Of a stretch of DNA of 64,000 nt, positions 11,750 to 23,400 are shown piece by piece. Source of the DNA: Eukaryota sp. TZLM1-RC. Lineage: Eukaryota > Protista > Metamonada: BaSk clade. The position numbers and the translations under genes are program-made. The DNA lies in the NCBI GenBank assembly GCA_040285825.1, contig JAUPSS010000001.1:2170001-2234000 (forward strand), in the 5' to 3' direction. Every line of letters starts with the position of its first letter. Within the stretch, counting starts at the first letter, position 1. A model generated the notes under the pieces. The model was given only the letters and a program-made list of their open reading frames with translations. It was not told where the DNA came from and searched no databases.

Positions 11750-13963
11750 TTAATTATTTAGACTATAATGAATTTGATTAGAAACATCATTCCCATATTT
11801 AAAAGTCCCTACGACACCATTTACACCAGTAAAAGCAATATTAAAATAACTATCTGAATTGAAAACATCTAAACAAGTTAGATATACCGAATTTACTTTG
11901 ATAATTTCACCAACATTTAAATCAGTTTGGTAATTTCCAACAATCACAAAGCCGGAATCAGTACCAAGGAAAAAGAAATGATTACAGGTACTCAAGGCAG
12001 TAATGACGTGATCAAGGGTCAAAATTGACACAACTTGCCTTGACTTTGGGTCAAAAAATACCACTTTATGACCCAAAGTGATCAAAAAGCAATTTCCAAA
12101 AGGTTTTGCACAAGCAACCTTTGAATCAACAGAATCTAGATCAATGGAGACTTCTTCAAAAGTCATGGAAGCTGAACAATCAGAATCAACAGTATCGGTC
12201 AAAAATCCGTCGATTAGTTCAAAATTAACAAGAAAAACCTTAAAATCAGGAGAAATTATAAGACCAAAAGAGTCACATACGGCAACCTCACGTATTACAT
12301 CACGTGATAACCTTCCGTCTCCAATCAAAAAGTAACGATCATCACCAGAAACAGCATGACTTCCTAATCTGTGTAAAGAAACAAAACCATCATTATGACC
12401 AACAAAAATGATACCTTTTTGAGCTAACTGACAAGCAACTGACACGTCAGCAGTTGCTCTTCCAGGAATTCTCGAGACTTCTACCCAAAACGTTTCAGAT
12501 TTGAGCTCTTTTTCTGTGGGAGTTGAATGGTTTCTGATACAGTCAACGGTAGTCAAGTCTTTTTTGACCGCTTGTGTTGTCAAACCCAAATCTTGAAGTT
12601 CAGCAGCATCATAACGTGGAGGACGATTGGCGTCAGGACTAGGTAGTGACAAGCCCAAATTTTGGGTGATGATCTCTTCAACAACACGAGTAACATCCAG
12701 CACACGAATGCAATTTTCTGCTGAACAAACACATAGTCTAAGTGGACAGGAAAAATCGAAAAAAGTTCTAGTAATGACATGTCCATGTATAAGAGGTCGC
12801 GACACCTCGAAAATTTCGCCATTGATCTCTCCCCAGAGTCTAATGACGTGATCTGCTCCAGAGGTCAATAAAAGTCTTGAATTTTGATACCACTGACAGG
12901 AAGTAACTGGTCCAAAATGACCCCCTTTTATTGGCCTTTCAATCAAATTTTCTATCAAATTGTCCGTTTTTTGGCCTGTTATTTGCAACAATGCTAATCC
13001 ACCATCTCTATAATTAACTGCAACCATATCAGGGTCAACCCCAATCATTCCCAATGCCATCACGTCATCAACGCTTGACTTTGATTGACTGACAACTTCC
13101 CATGGTTTATTTGAATGGTATCTGTAAACAATAATGGCAGAATCACTGCATAAACAAACTAAATGATTAGAAACAAAGTTCAGACCTACAATAGATTTTT
13201 TAAAGGGATTTAAAATAGAAATTGGAGAAAATGATGAATTAAAAACCGAATAAACGCATAATTTACCACAGGATCCCCCCACTGCCAGAAATGACGTTTC
13301 TGATGACGTGTAATAAGTCAAAATTGAAGGAGTTGACGTGATGGATTTGAGTGATGTGATTAGCTCAAAAGAAAGGTCATAAATATTGACCTGGCCAGAA
13401 GTGTCAGAAATAACAAGAAATGACGCGTTATTGTTGGAAAAAACTAAAGAATTTGTAATTAAATGATTTGGAAAATCCAATTTTGAAATTATTTCTAAAC
13501 TAATTGAAAAAGCTAAAAGATAACAACAAAGTGATGTGCTGGCAATAACAGCAAATGATGTGTCATTTTGACCTGATGACGTCACCACCCCAGAAACTTG
13601 TACAGGGGATTGCTCAGGAAGTGTGAGTGAGGAAACTTTACAAATGGAGAAATCATTTTCAACTTTCAATAACAACACTGTCCCATCAGGTAAACCTACT
13701 AGAAGAAAAGGTAGGGCTGTAGGTTCTTGACGAATGAATTTGACAGAATGAAGATGATTCTCAACGCTAGGAATCAGTATTTCTTCATGAGGGACAGATG
13801 TTGGGAGGTTTGTATCATAAACAGAGAGGACTTTAGAAGTGGTACTGTTCATTAATACAATATGAGTGGAGGTACAACAAGCAAGAACTTTGGTATTGTG
13901 GATCTCAGCAGAGTCCATAGAGTATCGGGATTGTGACACTGAGCTGCTGAAGAACGATAGCAT
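11750..13963 (-). CDS. ELP2: Elongator complex protein 2 (WD40 repeat)
   Basis: 737-aa WD40 ORF with ELP2 signatures GHFGPV..W, TSGADHVIRLW, EVSRPLIHGH (cf. SRPQIHGY), DLGLTTQAV (cf. LGLSNKA), PTEKELKSETFWVE (cf. P.E..L...TLWPE). Confidence 0.85.
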   Translation of the reverse strand: MLSFFSSSVSQSRYSMDSAEIHNTKVLACCTSTHIVLMNSTTSKVLSVYDTNLPTSVPHEEILIPSVENHLHSVKFIRQEPTALPFLLVGLPDGTVLLLKVENDFSICKVSSLTLPEQSPVQVSGVVTSSGQNDTSFAVIASTSLCCYLLAFSISLEIISKLDFPNHLITNSLVFSNNNASFLVISDTSGQVNIYDLSFELITSLKSITSTPSILTYYTSSETSFLAVGGSCGKLCVYSVFNSSFSPISILNPFKKSIVGLNFVSNHLVCLCSDSAIIVYRYHSNKPWEVVSQSKSSVDDVMALGMIGVDPDMVAVNYRDGGLALLQITGQKTDNLIENLIERPIKGGHFGPVTSCQWYQNSRLLLTSGADHVIRLWGEINGEIFEVSRPLIHGHVITRTFFDFSCPLRLCVCSAENCIRVLDVTRVVEEIITQNLGLSLPSPDANRPPRYDAAELQDLGLTTQAVKKDLTTVDCIRNHSTPTEKELKSETFWVEVSRIPGRATADVSVACQLAQKGIIFVGHNDGFVSLHRLGSHAVSGDDRYFLIGDGRLSRDVIREVAVCDSFGLIISPDFKVFLVNFELIDGFLTDTVDSDCSASMTFEEVSIDLDSVDSKVACAKPFGNCFLITLGHKVVFFDPKSRQVVSILTLDHVITALSTCNHFFFLGTDSGFVIVGNYQTDLNVGEIIKVNSVYLTCLDVFNSDSYFNIAFTGVNGVVGTFKYGNDVSNQIHYSLNN

Positions 13964-14192
13964 GATATTGTCAAGTCCAATAGTAGCAAGTCGTTTCTAT
14001 AATAAAATGAAAGATCTTCAAATAGACCTATAATTAGTGGCAAAGTGAAAACCATTCACCCAACTTTAATTGCTCCATAAATTTTATCATATTCTGTCAT
14101 TTATTCGTTTGAGCCATCAACTACTTACATAGTGAGCTTATCAAACTTATTTTCAAGTGCTCTCACTGTGAAATCACTTCTCAATTTAATGA

Positions 14193-17150
14193 CAAAATTG
14201 ATAACTTATCGTTCTTCATTACGTGCTGTTGTCAAACAGCAAACACTGATTTTGAAATGGCAAAAGTGCAAGAATCTTATGTATTATAGAGACTTTGCCT
14301 AGAAAGACACTGTAATAAGACAAGTTTGGTTCTGATGAGAGAGGTGTTTTTTGCTGTGATTGGATTGATAACTCTGAAGTTATAGTTGATTTTTCACCTG
14401 TAATGTTGCAAATGACACGTTGGTCCAAAGAAGAAAACTTAATCCTGTAAAAACTCTTGAATTTTAAGCGAAAAAAACATAGAAAATTCGGTAAAGATAC
14501 CAAAGAAGCTGATAGAAACAGACCACTTGTTTTTATTGCTTTCCCATTTTCCATAAACATTAAAAATTATTGCATTTTAAATATTTTATTTAACATCTTT
14601 AAAAGAATAACAGTAGAAGCACATTTTTTGAATGTTTTTCAAATATTCGTAGTATTCAATGGTAACAATGGGGTGTTGTGAAAACAAGTCATTAGATTCT
14701 TCACTTTTTGTAACCATTGTACCACGAAGATTTGTTTTGTGTGCCACTATGAAGCATTTGTAATAAAAATTAGATTATATTTGAACATCCCCATTAATCA
14801 GTTATTATTAAAAGAAAAATGAATTTGTTCGAAATCACCTCAACTCACTTTGCGCAATGCTCTGAATTGTTCCAAATTGATAAGTTATCGTTCTTCATTA
14901 CATGATGCTGTTAGAGACACTGTTTTCAATATGGCAAAAACTGCAAGAATATCGTGTATCAAAGAGCCTCTGCTGAAGGAAACTCTTTCTCTGAATTATT
15001 TTGGTTCTGATGATAGAGGTGATGTATGCTTTGATTGGATTGATAATTCTGAAGCTATTGTTGATTTTGTCTCATGTAATGATGCAAATGATACTTTGGT
15101 TCACAGAAGAAAACTTAATTCAATCTGCCATTATTAATAGATTACCTCGGTTTTTCAATCGAATAAGGGAAGCTTTAGCTAGACAGCAAGCAGATCAAGA
15201 TTTTGTAGAGGAAATCTTGGTTCAATGATAGTCGTCCCATTAGTTATGAGTTAATTTAATTAAGTGTGCAAATTCAATAAATTAAACATGGCAATATTCC
15301 AGAAAAGAATTATTTAAATTTACAATACACTGTTCGAACATTACAGAAATGTGCTAATAATGAAGCATTTGTAACAAAAATGAGACTATATTTGAATATC
15401 CCCATTGATCAATTATTATTTAAAGAAAAATGTATTTGTTCGAGTTCCCTCAGCTCATTTTGCGCCTCATTTTGTTCATTTTCTCTGAATTGTTTCAAAT
15501 TCATAACTTAGCGTTCTTTATTACATGATGCATTTAGAGACACTGATTTTAATATGGCAAGAAATTGATGCCGTTAGGCAGAAATACCAATGAAGTAAAG
15601 AGAGAAAGGAGGGTTTATTAATAGAAATACTTGTTTTTGAACAAGTGCCACGTCATAATGTAAATTCCTCATGTGTCTACCAAGTTAGTTAATCAGTAAC
15701 AACAACACTACTTCTTCCCATTTTCGTTCAACAGTTTCGTGAACCATTTAGCATTATGAAGAAAGGGGATTTGTGAGATACTGAGGCACGTGGCGTAGAT
15801 GATTGACTTCGTGCTTAACTTTTGAGGGGCAATCACGAGCTGGATGACCTTTCTGGTGACATTTGAAACATGTCCCTTCAGTCAAATTGCGAGACCTATG
15901 GGATGAACGAGACTTCATACCAGCTTGACGCACAGAGTAGGTATTTTCAAAAACAGTCTGTCAAGACCTGTTCCAAGAAGCTACTCGCGTGCAATCAAGT
16001 AGTTCATCCTCTGCGGAATTTACCAATGTACGAAAATCGGGGAATACCTCATCCCGAATTCGAGTACTCAGAAATTTCTGCAGTCCTAATGGAAGAATAC
16101 CCTTGGCAAATCTGATCATGAAGGCTGAGTCAGGCAGTCTCAGTCCGGAAGCCCTGCTTTTCGCCTGAAGAAAACGTCTTAGGCAGCAGGACATACGTTC
16201 ACGGACGTCGCCCTTACGGACATCAACCTTCAACTCAGACATCACCAAGTTGAATTCCTCGTACGAGGAAAACGAGGTGGAGGATCTTAAATGATCCAGA
16301 AACACCTCATCGGATGAATCAACCCCAGGTCTTGTGAGAACCAATGATTCTAACAAGAAGGGGTCAACGATGAGCCTTGCCGAAACAAGGTCCTTTTTCG
16401 GTGTAACGGAAGAGTACACCTTCCACTGTTGTAGGAACAACATCCTCCACTTCCATAGAAGCAAGGGACGGATGTAGTACGTGTGTAGATTTCATCTGCA
16501 ATGAGGGCCAATAATTATTGATGCCGTTAGGCAGAAATACCAAAGAAGTAAAGAGAGAAAAGAGGGTTTATTAATAGAAATACTTGTTCTTGAACAAGTG
16601 CCACGTCATAATGTAAATTCCTCATGTGTCTACCAAGTTAGTTACTTAGTAACAACAACAAAATGCAAAAATCTAGTGTATTGAGGAGCCTTTGCTTAGA
16701 GAAACAGTGTCATTAAACAAGTTTGGTTCTGAAGATAGAGGTGGTACATGCTGTGATTGGATTGAGAACTCTGAAGTTGTTGTTGATTTTGTCTTCTGTA
16801 AAATTGTAAAAGACACTTTGGTTCAAAGAAAAAGGCTTAATCCTGTAGTAGGTGCTCTTGATTTTAAGGCCCCAGAAAAACATAGAAAATATGACAAAGA
16901 TATTGAAGAAGTTAATGTTGATAAAAATAGACCACTTGCTTTTATTGCTTTCCCATTTTCTATAAACGGAACACTATCAGTAGAAGCAGGAACTTTTTTG
17001 AATGATTTTCAAAAAATGGTTCAAGAAAAAACAACGGAGAGATTTGATGTTTTTTTATGGCGCTCTCGTATTCAAATTGTTATAATTATAAGATTGCCTC
17101 GGTATATCTAATGAATCAGGGAGGTCTTAGTGAGACAGCAAGCAGATCAA
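14193..17150 (+). mobile_element. Three head-to-tail degenerate 3' portions of a CRE-like non-LTR element; the third is interrupted by an LTR element
   Basis: Repeated YRSSLHDAVRD / KEPLL / FGSDDRGDV / VDFV / FIAFPFSING blocks at ~14193-14660, ~14745-15280 and ~15340-15565 plus 16661-17150. Shared 3' end ...aagtgtgcaaattcaataaa. Confidence 0.75.
15566..16660 (-). mobile_element. Non-autonomous 1,095-bp LTR element carrying only gag (TRIM/TR-GAG-like or internally deleted Gypsy)
   Basis: Near-identical 142-bp LTRs at 15566-15707 and 16519-16660 (TG..CA); 4-bp TSD AAAT; PPT gggaagaagtag; gag-like ORF 15961-16464; CCHC knuckle CFKCHQKGHPARDC at ~15829-15870. Confidence 0.9.
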
Positions 17151-19422
17151 GTCACCAACGAATGCAGCATGACAGAAAATAGGCCATCTTGTGAAATTAA
17201 TACCAATCAATTCAGCTAATAAAAACACATGACCTTGAATTAATTCAAAGTTTACATCAATCAAGATACAAAATACTTTGTTCTTGAATGGTTGAACAAG
17301 CGGCCAAATTCAAGTGAAATATTTGGAAAAAATTGTTTTTAAAATGTAAATTTATTTAACTAGGTAACAAGTTTGTACTGTGGACGACTACTTCAGTACA
17401 TTTATAGTTATACTTCATTAGTGATGGCCCTTATAAGGGCCAGTGAAATTTAATAAAATTATCCCTTACTCTTGCTATCTATTATGACTATACAAGCATC
17501 AATAATTAATGGCTAAGCTGGCCATAATGATATATGTCTTACATCTATGAGGAAATTCCTCCAACTAAGGGGAGTAGTCCTCCATTCTCGGAGAGAACAA
17601 GTCTTTCCGCAAGAGTAAGTCTCCCTATAGGGAAAGAGCTTTTCCTTTGAGAAAAGAACACTCGCTTGAGCGAGAAGAATTAAGAAAAACTCACGTATTG
17701 GGAAATTCAAACCAGTGGGTTCCAGCATCATTTCTCCTAATCATTTCAGCAAACGCCAGAAGTCCCTGATCAAGAAAGAATAAGATCATTTATGTAAACT
17801 TTGATGCAATTCTGGCTACATCATCAAATGATACCCACACCCAGATTGTCAGGGGTTTAAGCATTGGCGCAAAGCCAAGCCTAACGCAGTACAAGCCTAG
17901 CTGAAATAAGGCAATAGTAGTAAAAGCTGAGGTAGACGTAGAGGAAGATGCAATGACCTTTCGAGTAGCATAAAACATTCAAATAGCTATTGCTAGTCTT
18001 CAATAGAACAAACCAGCTCTCCAACATGTAAACCATCATATAACCACCTCATCATCTGATAGATGGGTAAAATCTTTACCCATGTTCAAATCCCTTATCA
18101 ACCTACACCAACACAACATCAGTTCCAAGTGATAACCACTCTTTCAACAACAGTTTCGACTTATGCTACGAGTGAAAGTCCTTTTATGATATTTTCAGTG
18201 GTCAATTCAGCCATATCTTATCAAAATTTGAAATAGAAATTTTCAATAAATAAAACGGAGAAAGAAGGGATCATCGACTCTGGACAATCGACATCAGTCA
18301 TCACTATTGACTTGGCTAATGAATGCTTTATGCATAGAACAAAGAGGTGTATCAACTTCAAATCAGCCAACAACATCATGACAAAGTCTTTAGGATCAGC
18401 AGAAGGCACACTGAGCTTTAAAGTCAATAGTGTATCCCAATTAGTACATGTTAAGCACATCCTAGTGGTTATCCTAAGCGACAACATGGTATTAATTAGG
18501 AGACACCTGTTGCATCACCTAGCACTGTTGAACGATGAGGAGCTCTTCATTGGGATGAATGCGGGACATTGTGCACTACAACTCCCTGACGCTGAATACG
18601 ACCATCGAACTCCCCAAGTCTCAGATGTCGCCAACGTTTTCAATCGTCTCCCCCATTTAAAAATGTAAAGAAATTTGGCGAGACAAGAGCAATCAGAGGT
18701 GCAACCATTAGTTCAAAAACTGTATTATTTTTCAACACTATCAATTGTTGAAAATTGTTGCCCTCATTATCAGCAATTTCGAAGCAGTATAGAAAGCATC
18801 ACAACAATTGATGTAGATTTAAACAATCTAATTTATTTAAAAACTCTTTTTATATATTACTTATTATTATTATTATTATGATGATGATTATTAGTATTAA
18901 GGAAGTCATTTCACTGTATACAAACCACAAGACTAACTTTGTAAGTATATACTGAAATGAATTGGCTAATCATTAAACAGCAACAAGAGTATATAAATAC
19001 TGTCACAATTTGTAAGATGGAGTTTGGTTGTTTTATTAAAAGCATTGTATAAGTATTTGTAATTCATCCTATTGACATTGGTTTATCAGCAACATATACT
19101 ATTTCCAGATTAGGGTGGAACATAAAACAAAATAACCCTCATTAGACAGAAACAATGTCTAATTCTTAACATCAAGTTTTGTTCTCAATATGGTGAAGAC
19201 CATACCTAGAAAGCAATAGACCTTAACATGGAAATCATTGACATGTTTGATAAAATTGTGTCATCAACATTTTTAAGTACATATTGAATTGATTTTGGTG
19301 TGTCCATCAAATTGTCAGACATTACAACTGTGCTTTACAGGCTATCTACAGTTTATCTACAGTAGCCCTTTTCTTCCGCAAGTGTTGAGTTATTGGCAAT
19401 TCCCCCGAGTACATTGAAGCCA

Positions 19423-20161
19423 ATGAAGTTCCTTTTACTGTATGAATTAAAATTGATTTAACCAAAGTTTAGCACTAGCTGCCTTGGTTTTCGCCACTGA
19501 ACCAGCCCATGAACACATTGAGAGACCAATGAAAGGCGATGAACTCTGCCAATTCTTTAGAGAAGATTCCTACTGCAAAGTCTGGCAAGATCCTCCTGTT
19601 TGCCAACACCTCGACATCCCTTGTGATGGAACCCCTATTTGCCCTCGTTATCCTTGGTCTGATCGTCGCTTTGATGTTCTTGAAGGACATGGTCGCTGGT
19701 CTGGACACAAGTACGTATTTGGAGACAAGGGCCACTTGGTTCGTAAATGGCCTGTTTCTTCCCACATCTATGCTGATGGCAAGGGTAAACTTCATGGTAC
19801 CATGTGGGCTCAAGGCTTCTGGTGGACTGTAACTGGAACTATTGATGAACACGATAAGGTTGAATTGTTCCTCCGTCGTCCATCTGTCTGGAGACACTGG
19901 AAGGGAGTTATCAGAATTGATCCCAAGAACACTGAATATCTTGAAATGCATCTTGAACTTGAAGGAGGAAAGCCTGCACCCATTTACAAGAACCAAAAGA
20001 TGGTCATTAAGCTTCCTGACTGGTGTCTCAAATGGCTTCCCAAGCATTTCTGTCCTCCCTGCAGTTACTGTAAGGTCTGGCAAGATCCTATGGTTTGTCA
20101 TCGCACTGATCAACCTTGCTTTGAAAAGCCCAAGGTTCCCATGTCTGATGCCGAACTCTAG
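19423..20161 (+). CDS. Secreted protein of unknown function; exon 1 19423-19439, intron 19440-19467
   Basis: Removing the 28-nt intron GTATGA...TTAACCAAAG joins MKFLL to the 225-aa ORF and gives the signal peptide MKFLLLLALAALVFA|TE. Strong codon bias. Motif SYCKVWQDPxVC occurs twice. Confidence 0.8.
19440..19467 (+). other. 28-nt spliceosomal intron
   Basis: gtatgaattaaaattgatttaaccaaag; removal restores frame and a signal peptide. Confidence 0.75.
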
Positions 20162-20429
20162 TTTGTGAATAGTGAAATAAAGGTGATCGAATAGTTGTTT
20201 ATTATAATACCCTGTATTGTTTTCAAGTGGAATGAAGTATGATAAAATGACTAATACACACTGTTCATCAATGCAATTTATGACGTTAAATTTTGAAATT
20301 TATTAAGGAGACCTCAACCATCTATTATTGATCTCATTCTGGTATTCAAGTTCAAGTTTTTAAAACATTGTTTTCCACTATGGCAAGTAACAAATACAAA
20401 ACAAACAAATTTATAAAAATCAACAACAT

Positions 20430-23400
20430 CTATTCTACATCAAATTCATCACCTTCTACTCGGTGACCCAAATGTACAAAAGGATTTTGAAGAATATTAG
20501 TAGCAAAAGTCTTATTTTTTGTAAACTTAACATTGTCTACAGTTCCCCAGACAAAAGAAGACAAGCTACCGTAAATTGCATAAAGAATCAACAATCCTGT
20601 CAATATTAAAACAACATCAAAAAACACAAATGAAGTATTCACAAAATCAATACCCCGGACAAACATCAACATAAACAATATTCCCTCAACTAATAAATAA
20701 ATACCTTGAAGTGAATGTGCCTTGGGATGAACATAAGACCTACGTTTTGAATTAAATGCCAGGGCACAAAGGCATACGATGAAACCAATTGCACATTGAA
20801 CCGATAGACCAAACGATTCAAACATGAATAAAGCGCCAGTAATGATAAGTAAATGTAATTGATAGACAACTTCATCACTATATCCCTTAGAAGCATAGGT
20901 TGCTGTGAAAGGGTACTTCTTGAATGACATAATAAAATACAGTGACGAGCCAATAAAAGCGAGTAGATAAAGACTAGAAACAATGGCCGATAACCACCAC
21001 GAAACAGTAAAGCATTGAATTTCTGAATAATGTTCAGAGAAGTAAGATAAAGAATCAGAGTCACTTCTACATGAAAAAACTGCCAACAAATTATGAGCTG
21101 GCACTGCAAAGAATAGTTGGTACATAATCATTGATAATGGAATTTTCCTTCTAACATATCCAACAACGAGGATGGTTGGTAGCAACAATGCTGAGGTCCA
21201 ATAAAGTGACGTAAATCCACCCGGTAATCCTGTACAAGTATGAATAGGAGATCCCCAAGGTCTAATAAGGATGGAGTCCAAAAGGTCAAATAATCGATGA
21301 ATTCCTGCAGGTAAATCAATAGCAGTAATGATTCTAATTGCACAGAGAGATTGGAGGAACCTCACCAATGGAAGGTAATATCTGAGTGAAGAGTAATTGG
21401 TCTGAGAATCCAATTTGATCAAAGGAACAATGGATGCATACATTCCTACTTGAACAAGAATACCAAGTAAAATAAAGAAAACATTAGGACATTCTAAACA
21501 CAAATTACCAGAGGGATAATGACCTTCTTCACAATGAGAGCATAATGGTCCCGTAAAGCCGTCTAAACAAGACGCATCAGATGTGCAATTACCCACACAA
21601 CCATCCTTTTTACAAGGATAGACAGTGCCATCGTTTGCTTGGAAAAAGCCATCCATCACACAGTATTCGTTAAATGCTTCACAAAAGAGGCCTGGTGGAC
21701 ATTGAATACAGTCGCCATCGACTTTGAACAAATTTCCAATACAAACACATTCAGTTAAATGCTGATTAGCACCCATTCGTGGAGGACACGGAGTACAACT
21801 TTCGCTTCCCATTTCAGGGGCAACAGAACGATAGTCACAAGCAGTACACCCGTGATCATTTACATCTCTCTGTGTTCCAGGAGGACAAGGAGAACAAGAA
21901 GTGGAAGCAGATGCACTAGACCAAGTACCCAAAGGACAAGCCTCACAATCATGGTCAACATATCTTGTGCCTGCTGGGCATTCCTTACACTGACCACTAC
22001 TGGGATCTACTACAGAACCCTCTACACAGTGACCTCCTTCAAAAGTAAACGTGGCAGGTAACAAACCAGAAGAAAATGCAACAACTTGGTAGACTTGAGG
22101 AGCACCAATCACGGAAACCTCAGATACTAAAGCTTGACCCCTGACTAATTCAGTTTTAGTGAGACCCGTGAAACCAACAGTAGAGGTGGTAGGACTAAAG
22201 TAAATGGTTCTTGACACGGTAGAGTTTACAGTGTTATTAAAAGCATCAACAACAGCAACAGCCACAGTAGTAAAGTCAACTTCTCGAGCCACGATTTGGT
22301 GGGCGTTAGTTGCATAGTGCTGGCCATAGAGGCTTGCCTTATTATTAGTAAATTGAGAAGACTCTAACTGAGGAATATTTGATGAATTAACAAAAACAGC
22401 TCCTCCAACACTTCCAAAATTATCCATGAATTGACTATTGGAAATTTTGGAGTTGGAATCAACAGAGTCCATGAAGAGAGCACCACCATTGGTGACAGCT
22501 ACGTTTTTACCAAACTTGGAAGTATCTATTTCTAGATAACCAACTTCAGCATAAATTGCACCACCAAATAAATCAGCTGTACATTCATTAAAGGAAGAAT
22601 TATGGATTGAAAGTTGAGAATTCAGACCCTTCACTCTCAAAGCACCACCAGCTTCAGCAGTTTTGTATTTATGAAAAATGGAATTCTTAATAAAGACATA
22701 ATCAGTAGACATTGTAATAATTGCTGAACTTTGTCCGTCAATGAAATTGGAATCAGAAACACTGACTGACCCATGATTTGATGATTTAATAAACGTTCTT
22801 GTTCCCTTCAGCAAAACATTGTCTACTTCAATTTCACAATGATTTGTAGTAATTATATTATCAACTGATAATCCAGTGACATTACAAGAATCAACTCTAA
22901 TAATTGAGTAATAACCATTAATTAAAGGCATCGAGAGGTCCTTAAATGAAGAATCTGTCAGTTTAAATGAAGATTTAAAGGACGAAACAAATGGAAAAGA
23001 ACTAGTAATGGATGATAAATCAACAATTTTGGTTTCAAGAGAAGAATGTTTAATTAAAAACAGTGGATAATTTGATGTAATGTCAGAACCAATAAAACTA
23101 TCAAATTTGATTGAATCATGAACTGAGTCAACCAATGGGGATAAGACTGTAGATTCAGAGACAATAGCGTTATTGATATCAATTGAGCTAGAAACTGAAT
23201 TGAAAATTGAACCTTTTAAAGAACTAATATTGAAGTCATTAATAGAAAGTTGAGAAGATTCCAAGCTGAATGCATTGCCAATAATTTCTTCTACTTTAAT
23301 TGATTTAAACACAGCTTTAGAATGTAGAGAAAGACTAAATAAAGTGCCATTCAAGTCAGTAAATACAACATCATCCAAAACAACTTGACTTTTAACAGAT

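Noticed and set aside
17510-18500. Decayed coding-like sequence on the minus strand
   Set aside because: Probably a pseudogene of a host multigene family but too degraded to assign
18861-18892. (TTA)n(TGA)n microsatellite
   Set aside because: Ordinary short simple repeat
19475-20113. 212-aa antisense ORF
   Set aside because: Shadow of the codon-biased plus-strand gene; no independent motifs
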